From assembly GCA_902573085.1 (NCBI GenBank), contig CACGHY010000001.1, forward strand, positions 46,726 through 110,725: a stretch of DNA of 64,000 nucleotides. The letters run 5' to 3'. The stretch is from an uncultured Candidatus Poseidoniales archaeon (GTDB taxonomy: Archaea > Thermoplasmatota > Poseidoniia > Poseidoniales > Thalassarchaeaceae). The notes beneath the pieces were generated by a model that had not been told where the DNA came from, did not search any database, and worked only from the letters and a program-made list of their open reading frames with translations. The position numbers were made by a program, and so were the translations under genes. Within the stretch, counting starts at the first letter, position 1. Every line of letters starts with the position of its first letter. Shown in pieces: positions 49,458 through 58,037 of this stretch.

Positions 49458-50643
49458 TACCACGGGCCTGTCTTTTGGCCTGTTCCCTAGCTAAAACTCT
49501 GCATCTACTAATCTGCTTCTCACAGAGTTCGGCCTCGGACTCATCGAGGCCCCTCTCTAAGGATTGAGAGAAGCACTTTATTGCGTCATCAAACATCTCT
49601 ACTGCGGCATATGATGACCCCATATTGAACAGAGTCTTCCCGGAGACGGATTTGGGGTCTAAACCTATAGCAGTATGATATGCGACAATACTCTCAGGGA
49701 ATCTACCTTCATTATACAGCGCATTGCCTCTTCCATTCTGTGCCTTTACCCTAAGCTCGACTTCACCGGAAGGACATCCGCCGATAGCCTTCTCGAAGCT
49801 AGAAAGTGCCTCATTGTTCTTTCCTTCATTTAGCATGTTAATCCCCATGTTATACCAACCCAGAGAATCTTCTAGGCTCCCTCTTTCCTCAATTACTGGT
49901 GCTAAACGCACCTCATCTGCTGCGATAAGTAAAAGCTGTTCATCGTCAACATCTTCGTGAGTGCCTGTACTTATGTCTGGCTCAGATTGCGCAATAGTAT
50001 CTGATTCAATTTGATCGGCCCTCTTCATACACTGTGCAGCACGATCTTCGTAGCCCGCTGCCCTCAATGCTTCACCGAGCCCCCGCCAAACCTCGGGAGA
50101 ATCTGGGTTCTGATCTAATAGATCCTTCCAGATTGAAACAGCAGTTGAATGATCACCTGAAGAGGATAGTGCACGAGCCTCTTCCTGCCTGCTAGGCTCA
50201 TCGAAACTAGGGGAAATGTCAATATCAGTGTTTTGATCTACCGGAACTTCATTGATCGGTTGTGATTTTATGAAAACTAGCTCTTGGGTTTCTTCGGGCC
50301 TGAATATTGAGGCAATGTTATTCAGTTTCTCATCTTTTTCCAGATGCGGGAGTGCTCTTTTCGCGAAATCACTGGCCCTCTCTGGTTCACTTTCTACTAG
50401 AAGATAGGCTAAATTGGCTAGAGTCGGTGGGTGATCTGGATATTTCTCATCGCAATTCTCGAAGGCCTCAACTGCATCTTTCAATGAACCAGTCTTGCAG
50501 TACAACACTCCTAGACAGAACCAGGCAGTAGCATTATTCTCGTCAATTTTGAGCGCATCGAGATATGTTCGAATGGCCGATGAGTAATCTCCGCTATTGG
50601 TTTGAGTGGCGCCTAATTTCAAAGACTCAATGAGCCCACTCAT
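49450..50643 (-). CDS. Tetratricopeptide repeat protein
   Basis: Multiple TPR motifs (AWFCLG, VWRGLG, WYNMG, LFNMG); likely start ATG 50643. Confidence 0.88.
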   Translation of the reverse strand: MSGLIESLKLGATQTNSGDYSSAIRTYLDALKIDENNATAWFCLGVLYCKTGSLKDAVEAFENCDEKYPDHPPTLANLAYLLVESEPERASDFAKRALPHLEKDEKLNNIASIFRPEETQELVFIKSQPINEVPVDQNTDIDISPSFDEPSRQEEARALSSSGDHSTAVSIWKDLLDQNPDSPEVWRGLGEALRAAGYEDRAAQCMKRADQIESDTIAQSEPDISTGTHEDVDDEQLLLIAADEVRLAPVIEERGSLEDSLGWYNMGINMLNEGKNNEALSSFEKAIGGCPSGEVELRVKAQNGRGNALYNEGRFPESIVAYHTAIGLDPKSVSGKTLFNMGSSYAAVEMFDDAIKCFSQSLERGLDESEAELCEKQISRCRVLAREQAKRQARGIR

Positions 50644-50729
50644 GACTACTGGGAAAATCACCAATGAATAAGTATTCTGAAGTATAGTAGAAAGGTACAA
50701 TAGAAGACTAATCGCCATTTGTGTTTGGC

Positions 50730-51275
50730 ATGGGCGAGCCGATAGTAGTGATGGGTATTTGCGGCTCTTATGATCTAGACTCAGCTAACGGCAGAATGCT
50801 AGAGCTTATACTCAGAGAGTGTGAAAATCTCGGTGCAGATACAGTGGTCTGGGACCATGGAAAAAGGCCATTGCCCCTTGTTGGAGCAGAAGGTTCGTGG
50901 GACGATACAAACGTCAAAGGCTTCCAAGAAATGGCAGTTTCTGCAGATGCCTATGTCCTATCGAGTCCAGAATATCACGGAACCATGAGTGGCGTGATGA
51001 AGAATAGCCTTGATTGGTTATATTCAAAGCATACTTCAGGCAAAGTTTTCGCTTTAGTTTGTACTTTAGGTGGTCAAACTAGCAATAATACACTGAACCA
51101 TATGAGAATCGCAGCGAGGTGGATACATGGCTGGGTGATTCCAGAACAGGTGGCTGTACCCCACATCAAGAGTGCTTTCGACGAAGATGGAGAGCTTCTA
51201 AGCTCAGATATCAACGATCGGGTTTTGTCGATTTCATCATCATTGGTAGAAAATACTACCAAATTGAGGAGGTAA
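50730..51275 (+). CDS. NAD(P)H-dependent FMN reductase (flavodoxin-like)
   Basis: GICGS, SSPEYHGTMSGVMKNSLDW. Confidence 0.9.
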   Translation: MGEPIVVMGICGSYDLDSANGRMLELILRECENLGADTVVWDHGKRPLPLVGAEGSWDDTNVKGFQEMAVSADAYVLSSPEYHGTMSGVMKNSLDWLYSKHTSGKVFALVCTLGGQTSNNTLNHMRIAARWIHGWVIPEQVAVPHIKSAFDEDGELLSSDINDRVLSISSSLVENTTKLRR

Positions 51276-51277
51276 TA

Positions 51278-51451
51278 GTGTCAGGTGAATCACTCACTCC
51301 CGAGCTGGTATATTCGTTACTTCTGATGTCTATCGCTGGAGTTTCGGCTTGGTGGTCTAGGTACATCATTGAGAATATCATCGTATTAAGAATTGCAGTT
51401 TTTGTAGGCGTTTCTTCCTCTATATACATGCTAATCAATATACCAGGATGA
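51278..51451 (+). CDS. Small (57-aa) two-TM membrane protein
   Basis: GTG start preceded by GAGGAGGT; MSGESLTPELVYSLLLMSIAGVSAWW...; tightly packed between its neighbours. Confidence 0.65.
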   Translation: MSGESLTPELVYSLLLMSIAGVSAWWSRYIIENIIVLRIAVFVGVSSSIYMLINIPG

Positions 51452-51457
51452 CTAGTT

Positions 51458-51817
51458 ATGGACATATTTCCAGTAAGATGCCAAGTAGAATGGACAACCT
51501 TGGAAAGCGGATGCATTGAGATCTCTTTAGACAAGAATCTCACTAAGATCGAGGCAAGGGTGGCAAGGATTCTGGATGCTCCATCGTTCGTAAGACGTCC
51601 AATGGACAAAATGAACAGCGCCCTTTGGGTGTTAATGGACGGAACACGTAATGTTCAAGCGATCATACAGGAAATGGATGCCCAATTTAATGAAGAGATT
51701 TCTCCAGTAGAGGAAAGAGTTAGCAATTCGATTGCACAGTTTGTGGAATTGGGCTTAGTGTCGCTATCTAGAAAGAAAGATGACTTCGATTGGGATATCG
51801 GGCCCTCTGTTGTCTGA
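51458..51817 (+). CDS. PqqD-family (RiPP recognition element-like) protein
   Basis: MDKMNSALWVLMDGTRNV..II..M...F...EERV...I..F...GLV fits the PqqD winged-helix pattern. Confidence 0.75.
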   Translation: MDIFPVRCQVEWTTLESGCIEISLDKNLTKIEARVARILDAPSFVRRPMDKMNSALWVLMDGTRNVQAIIQEMDAQFNEEISPVEERVSNSIAQFVELGLVSLSRKKDDFDWDIGPSVV

Positions 51818-51819
51818 AA

Positions 51820-52639
51820 TTAATCATCGACCAATGCTCTTTTTCTCTCGTTGAGACTCTCCCTGTACCTCGCAGAGAAGAAAATCATTAATGGTATTAC
51901 TAGAACGAGGAAAAAGCAACCGACTAGGGCAGAGAAGCTGTATACAGTCTCTTGAACAGGATTAATTGTAAACTTCGACAGGGAAATAAGCTCGTGTGAG
52001 GAGAATTCGGATTCAACTAGCATTCCATCGCTAGAGCTAATTTCTCCATCGCTAACAACCTTAACCTTCCATGTGATTGTTTTTTCCGCAGTGGAAATCA
52101 GAAGATCTGCTTCTTCTTGGGCACTTTCGATGTTTTCACTCTCAAGGTAGCCCCTGCCCTTGATAGGCAATTCAAGAGATACACGCCCTCTTAGAGTCCC
52201 ACTTCCGTTAACCAAGTCCATTGTATGAGTTCTGCTATACTCACATGTATCTAGTATCTCGGAATAGTCAGAGCTTGGCTCATTGCAAACATAGCTCTGA
52301 TCGGTTAGACCTAGGTTTGGCGAATGGGACCAATTCGTGCCTTCTGCTTCTACGATTAGAGTTGAGTCGGGGGGGTGCATCATGTACGGTGAAATTTACC
52401 CAGGTTATGGCATCTGTTGTCGTAAAATACCATTGAGCCAGCCCATCTGATTCTTGGGTAAGATCCATCGATTTGTGCTCATTTGTCGTGTTGTACTCGT
52501 AGTACTCGGAATCGACGGTGTTAGAGTATACTGCATAAGACAGTAGTACGATCAGAGTCATACCCGTACCGATCATGGTACGTAGCATATTGGGATTCTT
52601 TGACAATGATTTCTTCACGTAACTCTGAAATGGCCCCAA
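51820..52639 (-). pseudogene. Membrane-anchored hypothetical protein split by a frameshift at a C7 run
   Basis: ORFs 52280-52639 and 51820-52383 join as ...VHDAPP-DSTLIV... if one C of the run at 52369-52375 is removed. Confidence 0.75.
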
Positions 52640-52684
52640 TTATTCAATGCTTGTTGTAATAAAACATCCAATCAGAAGCGGTAA

Positions 52685-52707
52685 AACCGTGTCATCACGG
52701 TTAAATA
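52685..52707 (+). promoter_or_regulatory. Palindrome overlapping the TATA-like box of the rps19e operon
   Basis: AACCGTG-TCAT-CACGGTT (52685-52702), whose last 2 nt begin TTAAATA (52701-52707). Confidence 0.45.
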
Positions 52708-52743
52708 CAGTCTGTGGGACGGGCGGAACGGACGAGTGAGGGT

Positions 52744-53214
52744 ATGACGACATATTATGACGTTCCAGCAGACATTCTAATTGCTAGTCTCTCTGAGAAG
52801 TTGAAATCATATGACAAGGTCTCTGCCCCCGAATGGGCTTCTCAGGTCAAGACCGGGACTCACAGAGAAAGGCCACCAGTACAGGAAGATTGGTGGCACA
52901 CTAGAGCGGCATCCGTGCTTAGGAAGGTGGCAATAAAGGGGCCAATAGGTACCAACAGAATCGCACAAGAGTTCGGGGGATCCAAGGATAGAGGGGTCAA
53001 GAAAAATAAGGCTGTGGCAGGTTCGAGGAACGTGGCTAGGAAGATTCTGCAGCAACTGTCTGAGTCGGGGTTGTTGGTCGAATCATTGAATACAGCTGGT
53101 AATGTAAATAGGGGTAAAGTTGTAAGTTCCGAGGGACAAGCACTTCTCGACGAAGTGGCGCACTCGGTAAGGCCCAAGGCAGAAGAAAGGTATCCCGGTT
53201 TGGAAAAATATTGA
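52744..53214 (+). CDS. rps19e: 30S ribosomal protein S19e
   Basis: MTTYYDVPA, PEWA..VKTG.HRERPP...DWW..RAAS.LRK. Confidence 0.96.
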   Translation: MTTYYDVPADILIASLSEKLKSYDKVSAPEWASQVKTGTHRERPPVQEDWWHTRAASVLRKVAIKGPIGTNRIAQEFGGSKDRGVKKNKAVAGSRNVARKILQQLSESGLLVESLNTAGNVNRGKVVSSEGQALLDEVAHSVRPKAEERYPGLEKY

Positions 53215-53223
53215 GGCAATTTT

Positions 53224-53379
53224 ATGGCAAGAAACAAACCGTTCGCAAAGAAGAAGCGCTTGAATAAAGTGACAAAGCAGAATAAGCGTGTCCCGGTTTG
53301 GGTTGTAATGAGGACAAATCGGAAGACTAATTCACATCCTAAGAGACACATGTGGAGAAGATCCAAACTACAGAGGTGA
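53224..53379 (+). CDS. rpl39e: 50S ribosomal protein L39e (not in ORF track)
   Basis: [51 protein letters not shown]. Confidence 0.96.
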   Translation: MARNKPFAKKKRLNKVTKQNKRVPVWVVMRTNRKTNSHPKRHMWRRSKLQR

Positions 53380-53383
53380 TTAG

Positions 53384-53647
53384 ATGGCAGAGGTTAAGGA
53401 AATCACAATCCCGCTTAGAGCGGCATGGAAGGTACCACGTACAAGCCGGGCAAAGAGGGCTATGGCCCAAGTGAAGATCCACGTTTCTAGACATATGAAG
53501 AGAGGGGATGACGAGGAAATTTGGATAGATGAGTCGGTCAATCATGCAATTTGGTCGAGGGGGATGCAGAACCCTCCAAGGAAGATCAGAGTAGTGTGTA
53601 CTCGTGAAGAGGGTTTTCCGTTAGAAGTTAAATTGTTGGAGGATTGA
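53384..53647 (+). CDS. rpl31e: 50S ribosomal protein L31e
   Basis: TIPLR, RAKRA, N..IWSRG...PP.KIRV. Confidence 0.95.
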   Translation: MAEVKEITIPLRAAWKVPRTSRAKRAMAQVKIHVSRHMKRGDDEEIWIDESVNHAIWSRGMQNPPRKIRVVCTREEGFPLEVKLLED

Positions 53648-53648
53648 A

Positions 53649-53840
53649 ATGGGAAATATCAGGCCTTCTTTTATCAAAAGCAGAGCTTTGAGGCTCGTAG
53701 AGATGTATCCCGATCAATTTACAGAAGATTTCGACACGAACAAGCACCTAGTTTCTGAGTTCAGTGATGTAGGAAACAAAAGAATGAGAAATTGGATTGC
53801 GGGATATATCACTCGATATAAACAGCGTAGAGTCGATTAG
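53649..53840 (+). CDS. rps17e: 30S ribosomal protein S17e
   Basis: MGNIRP..IK, F..DF..NK, K.MRN.IAGYIT. Confidence 0.95.
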   Translation: MGNIRPSFIKSRALRLVEMYPDQFTEDFDTNKHLVSEFSDVGNKRMRNWIAGYITRYKQRRVD

Positions 53841-53876
53841 CGCATCACTCATCACCAGTTGCCCACTCGGATTATT

Positions 53877-54629
53877 ATGGGAGACAGGAAAACTCAGAAT
53901 CTACCTACTTTCTCCCAAAACGTATGCGTCATACTAGTAAATCCTGAGCATGATGGTAACATCGGTGCAGTAGCACGTTCGATGCTAAATTTCGGAATAA
54001 ACGATCTCAGAGTTGTTGGTAGGGATGGAGATTGGTCCGAGGAAGCGAGAAGGAGAGCGAAGAATGCACAAGAAGTCCTTGATGGATCTAAAGTCGTTGA
54101 CACTTTTGAAGAGGGCGTGGCAGACTGCTCATTAGTCGTGGGGACTTCTGGGAAGAGAGAAGAGGGGGAAAGGACAGCGAATAGGCATTTCCTCCTACCC
54201 GAGGAGCTACCAGAGAGGCTTTCTGGGTTTGATGGTAGGGTGGCAATAGTATTCGGACCCGAAGGAAAGGGACTATTGAATGAGCAGTTGTCGATGTGTG
54301 ATCTGCTTGTAACTATACCCACATGGGAGGGTTATCCCATACTCAACCTAAGTCATGCTGTATCCATAATCTGCTATTCTTGGTACGTAAACTCTGATAC
54401 AAGTAACCCGCCAGGGACTGGAGGTAGGCTTCTTGATCCAAAATTGAGGATCAAACTGAGGTCTGAGGCTAAGAGGCTAGTAGAATCAATGCCAACTAAG
54501 GATCACAAGAGAAAGGGGATAGAAGAAACTCTTCTCAGAGTATTATTCAGGGGTCTTCCTAAGGATGATGAGATACACAGGATACTCGGCATCCTAATAC
54601 AGGCCGCCGACTCGTTTGAGCAAACTTGA
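53877..54629 (+). CDS. trmJ: TrmJ-family SPOUT tRNA methyltransferase
   Basis: ILVNP...GNIGAVARSMLNFG, VFGPEGKGL.NE, YPILNLSHAV. Confidence 0.88.
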   Translation: MGDRKTQNLPTFSQNVCVILVNPEHDGNIGAVARSMLNFGINDLRVVGRDGDWSEEARRRAKNAQEVLDGSKVVDTFEEGVADCSLVVGTSGKREEGERTANRHFLLPEELPERLSGFDGRVAIVFGPEGKGLLNEQLSMCDLLVTIPTWEGYPILNLSHAVSIICYSWYVNSDTSNPPGTGGRLLDPKLRIKLRSEAKRLVESMPTKDHKRKGIEETLLRVLFRGLPKDDEIHRILGILIQAADSFEQT

Positions 54630-54653
54630 TTCCGAGTGCCTCCCTTTGAGATA

Positions 54654-55106
54654 CTACTCGTTGAACCAGCTTGCCCATGATTTGGGAGTCTCCCTAACAT
54701 GAAATGCCCTTAGAATTAGAGAATTCCCGTAGGATGATGAGATATGGGGCTCTACCTGTTCAAATGCCCACTTTGCAAGGTTCTCCGCTGTAGGAATGAA
54801 GGGGAGAATCACGGTTCGATGCCCAGTCTCCATCATCCCGAGAGCGTCGAGGGCTACTTTGTCATCCTCGAACACCATGAAGGCATGATCCACTACATCG
54901 TGGATATGTGTATTTAGAATCTCAGAAACCTCTGAGAAGTCAATTAGCATTCCCTCTTCTGATACTCCTCTCTTTGTCACAACATCCCCTTCCAACTCTG
55001 CCTCCCACCTATATCTATGACCGTGCATATGCCTGCATTTGCTACTATGATTTGGTACTCTGTGGCCAGTATCTGTCTCGACCCATCTTCGTATTCTATT
55101 CGGCAT
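54654..55106 (-). CDS. queD: 6-carboxy-5,6,7,8-tetrahydropterin synthase
   Basis: GHR...KC..MHGH.Y, GMLIDF, DH, PTAENLA, V.ETP. Confidence 0.9.
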   Translation of the reverse strand: MPNRIRRWVETDTGHRVPNHSSKCRHMHGHRYRWEAELEGDVVTKRGVSEEGMLIDFSEVSEILNTHIHDVVDHAFMVFEDDKVALDALGMMETGHRTVILPFIPTAENLAKWAFEQVEPHISSSYGNSLILRAFHVRETPKSWASWFNE

Positions 55107-55521
55107 CATCTACCTCCATCTCGAAGTCTATACTTGCTGAGTTAATGCAGTATCTCTCGCCACCGAATTCAATAGGTCCGTCATCGAAAACATGGCCAAG
55201 ATGAGCATCACATGAGCCGCATCTTACTTCTATTCTCAACATTCCGTGTGAGGTGTCTCGTATCCTTTTAATTCCGGCATTTTTATCCTCTGTGTGAAAT
55301 GCTGGCCATCCACACCCAGAGTCAAACTTCATCTGAGAGGTAAACAGTAAATGTCCGCAGCAAATGCACAGATAGTCCCCCTTTCTGTTCTCCATGTAGT
55401 GAATTCCTGAATTGGGTGGCTCTGTACCCGCCTCCCTAGTAACGTGATATTGCAGATCTGTGAGCCTTTCTCTCCATTCTGAATCCCTATCTGGGTCGAA
55501 TCTTGGAAGGTCGTCACTCAT
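55096..55521 (-). CDS. msrB: Peptide-methionine (R)-S-oxide reductase
   Basis: GTEPP, CICC, KFDSGCGWPAF, R.EV.C..C.AHLGHVF.DGP, RYCINS. Confidence 0.96.
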   Translation of the reverse strand: MSDDLPRFDPDRDSEWRERLTDLQYHVTREAGTEPPNSGIHYMENRKGDYLCICCGHLLFTSQMKFDSGCGWPAFHTEDKNAGIKRIRDTSHGMLRIEVRCGSCDAHLGHVFDDGPIEFGGERYCINSASIDFEMEVDDAE

Positions 55522-56297
55522 CTCAACCCCTCCTGTCTCTCCTTATCCAATGCATAGTTCAAAACTGAGTCCCAATCGTATACATACTTCAGCGGATCAA
55601 TTCTTCCTATAGCGTGGAATGCTAGTATTCTTTCAACATCAGCACCGGATCTTCCGGAGCTCTTACCATTTGAGTCTGGATTGTACGATGTGTTAGTGTT
55701 GGAGAAGACAGTGTCGAAATCTAACCCTAGTGAAGTACAGGAAACCAAAGCGTCCTGAAGAATAATCGTCTTGTCAAAAGAGATGTATGGGAGATGGAAA
55801 GAAACGCGGTCGCTATCCCAGTTTCCAATAGAGAATGCCCTCTCCAGTGCCTGGTAGAACTCGGGTCTGCAGTCAGGATATATTTCGTGATCTCCACTAT
55901 GCACACCTAGGGCAATCCTAACTTGGCAGTTCTCAGAAATAGCAATACTTAGAGCCCGAGCGTATAGTATCGATGAAAAAATAGCATTCCTATTGGGGAC
56001 TACTGTCTGCCTCATCTGCTCAGATTCATAATGCCCCTCTGGGACAACAATGTCTTCGCTAGTCAGTGCGGAATGTAGAGACTGCATCGCAGAGCTAAGA
56101 TTTACAACAAAGTGCTTGACATTATAACCATTCTCTCTCAGATAACTTATGTTGTCTCTAGCTCGATCTATCTCAATGAGATGCTTCTGTCCGTAGTCAT
56201 AGGAAATGCAAGTGATATCATCTCCCTCTGCAATCATCTTCAATAGAAGAGCTGTGCTGTCCATGCCACCGGACAACGACATTACCGACCTGTTCAT
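55518..56297 (-). CDS. queC: 7-cyano-7-deazaguanine synthase
   Basis: SLSGGMDS, YDYGQKH, VPNRNAIF, YPDCRPEF. Confidence 0.93.
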   Translation of the reverse strand: MNRSVMSLSGGMDSTALLLKMIAEGDDITCISYDYGQKHLIEIDRARDNISYLRENGYNVKHFVVNLSSAMQSLHSALTSEDIVVPEGHYESEQMRQTVVPNRNAIFSSILYARALSIAISENCQVRIALGVHSGDHEIYPDCRPEFYQALERAFSIGNWDSDRVSFHLPYISFDKTIILQDALVSCTSLGLDFDTVFSNTNTSYNPDSNGKSSGRSGADVERILAFHAIGRIDPLKYVYDWDSVLNYALDKERQEGLR

Positions 56298-56890
56298 AGT
56301 ACTCCCATCCACTTATGTGTCTGGAGGCTCAATCGCCAACCTGGACTATCCTTTACCAGTCGTTCTACTATCTGGAAACTCTTGCCATTTGCCGCAACTG
56401 ATTCATCCTCGACATAGCAAGGCTGGATATAGAGATGGGTGAAGCCTGTCTTCAACTCATCATACAAAGCCAAGTCTTGCCCGCAATATACTACTTTCAG
56501 CTCATCACCAGTTCTCTGCTTTATTGATACGTTAGGATATAATTGATCCTTGGGACTAACACATATCCAGTCGACGATAGGGTCTACCGGAATTGTCCCA
56601 TTGGTCTCAATTGAGATGCTGAGCCCGTGTTCTTTCAACCTCTTACCAATTACTGAAAGATCCTGCATCGCAGGCTCACCACCAGTGAATATTACTCTAT
56701 TGCAGTCGTAGCTCAGTACCTCTTCGATAATAGAATCGATGTCCATATCTTCGAAGGTCATGAAATCGGTATCGCACCACTCACATCTAAGATTGCAATT
56801 TCCAAATCTTATGAAGACATGCGGAATGCCCGTATGAAAACCCTCTCCTTGAACAGAGTGGAAAATCTCAACGATTGGATATTTTTTCAG
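56294..56890 (-). CDS. queE: 7-carboxy-7-deazaguanine synthase (radical SAM), probable CTG start
   Basis: Frame extends beyond the ORF-track start as (L)KKYPIVEIFHSVQGEG...FIRFGNCNLRCEWCDT; also TGGEP, IETNGT, VSPK, SLQTHK. Confidence 0.92.
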   Translation of the reverse strand: MKKYPIVEIFHSVQGEGFHTGIPHVFIRFGNCNLRCEWCDTDFMTFEDMDIDSIIEEVLSYDCNRVIFTGGEPAMQDLSVIGKRLKEHGLSISIETNGTIPVDPIVDWICVSPKDQLYPNVSIKQRTGDELKVVYCGQDLALYDELKTGFTHLYIQPCYVEDESVAANGKSFQIVERLVKDSPGWRLSLQTHKWMGVL

Positions 56891-56894
56891 ATAA

Positions 56895-57482
56895 TCACCC
56901 GCTCAAATTTCCGCTTCTGATAAGTTGTAATACCTCTGTTCTAGCCTCCTGTCTATCGAAGAAGACGCCTCGCATAGCGCTAGTAGTCATAATTGAATTC
57001 TGCTTCCTAACTCCTCTGCACTTCATGCATCCATGTTGGGCCTCCAGAATAACAGCGCAGCCAAGAGGACTGAGATTCTCAACAATATCATCCGCTACAG
57101 ATTGCGTAATTCGCTCTTGGTTCTGAAGTCTTTTAGAATGCATATCAAGAAGTCTAGCTAGCTTGCTAATGCCCACTATTCTATCCACTGGAATGTATGC
57201 GATATGGCCCTTACCAGAAAATGGTTGAAGATGATGCTCACAGGTACTGTGAAACTCCATATCCCTTAGCAAGACTATCCCATCGTAGCCTTCCGCATTA
57301 AACGTAGAGTCCAGAATTTTACTGGCATCGTCTGAGTATCCACTGAATATCTCATCGTATGACTGGACCACTCTTTCGGGCGTATTCTCAAGTCCTTCCC
57401 TCAGATCTGATCCACACTGTTCTATGTAGCGAACGATAGTCTCAATTGCTTCCATCGCCTTTTCTTTATCGGGTAATTTCAC
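56895..57482 (-). CDS. folE: GTP cyclohydrolase I (type IA)
   Basis: REGL..TP.RV, STCEHHL.PF, GISKLAR, KRLQNQER, HGCM.CRGV. Confidence 0.96.
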   Translation of the reverse strand: MKLPDKEKAMEAIETIVRYIEQCGSDLREGLENTPERVVQSYDEIFSGYSDDASKILDSTFNAEGYDGIVLLRDMEFHSTCEHHLQPFSGKGHIAYIPVDRIVGISKLARLLDMHSKRLQNQERITQSVADDIVENLSPLGCAVILEAQHGCMKCRGVRKQNSIMTTSAMRGVFFDRQEARTEVLQLIRSGNLSG

Positions 57483-57486
57483 TCAT

Positions 57487-57648
57487 TCACCTCCCGTGTC
57501 TTGAGTCAATTTCGTCCAACTGATCCAACATCTTCCTACATGCAGTTCTAATCGCGTCGGCTAAACTGACGAATTTCTTTGAGTCTCCGACATGATTCTT
57601 CAGATCAGAAACAATCTCGCTGGGCATGTCTAGACTGATTTTCGGCAT
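57487..57648 (-). CDS. Ribbon-helix-helix (CopG/MetJ-like) DNA-binding protein, 53 aa (not in ORF track)
   Basis: MPKISLDMPSEIVSDLKNHVGDSKKFVSLADAIRTACRKMLDQLDEIDSRHGR; its stop lies within the GGAGGTGA SD of folE. Confidence 0.8.
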   Translation of the reverse strand: MPKISLDMPSEIVSDLKNHVGDSKKFVSLADAIRTACRKMLDQLDEIDSRHGR

Positions 57649-57670
57649 GTTTGTTCGGAAAAAGGTCTAG

Positions 57671-57703
57671 ATATAATATTACTTGAGTATTACCAGAGTA
57701 TTA
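57671..57703 (-). promoter_or_regulatory. TATA box and three 11-bp-phased direct repeats upstream of the RHH/que operon
   Basis: Minus strand reads TAATACTCtgg TAATACTCaag TAATATTATAT; TTATAT starts 28 nt before the ATG. Confidence 0.55.
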
Positions 57704-58003
57704 TTTCCGTAGATTCTCGACCTTCTCATCTAAGCCTGGGTATTTCTCCTCGAGTAAGTGAGCCCTTGTTTTGAGGGCCTCTAATTGGGAGAAAGCCTCA
57801 TTTTCAGTAATTCCTTGTGAGATTAGATTCAATAGAAGTGATAATCCACCCTGAATTGTTCCAGCGTCTAGGAAAGCGTCATTGGATATTTGGCTTGTTC
57901 CTCTAAGAACTTCAAGAGAATCTCTGACAAAATCTCTCTGTTTCTCGATCATTCCTAAAGAAGAGTTTCCTAGTGATTCTATCCTGTCTAGAGTGCTAAT
58001 CAT
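57701..58003 (-). CDS. Hypothetical helical protein
   Basis: 100-aa ORF filling the gap in a minus-strand gene run. Confidence 0.65.
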   Translation of the reverse strand: MISTLDRIESLGNSSLGMIEKQRDFVRDSLEVLRGTSQISNDAFLDAGTIQGGLSLLLNLISQGITENEAFSQLEALKTRAHLLEEKYPGLDEKVENLRK

Positions 58004-58037
58004 GGCAATCCGAGATAGATTTGCTTTTTGATGATTC

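Noticed and set aside
54654-57482. Dpd-type 7-deazaguanine DNA modification/defence island
   Set aside because: No dpdA/TGT-like or other dpd genes nearby; core-genome context fits the tRNA archaeosine precursor pathway.
57466-57486. ATG directly after the RHH stop as folE start
   Set aside because: Out of frame with folE and closes after 6 codons; the in-frame GTG at 57482 is the plausible start.
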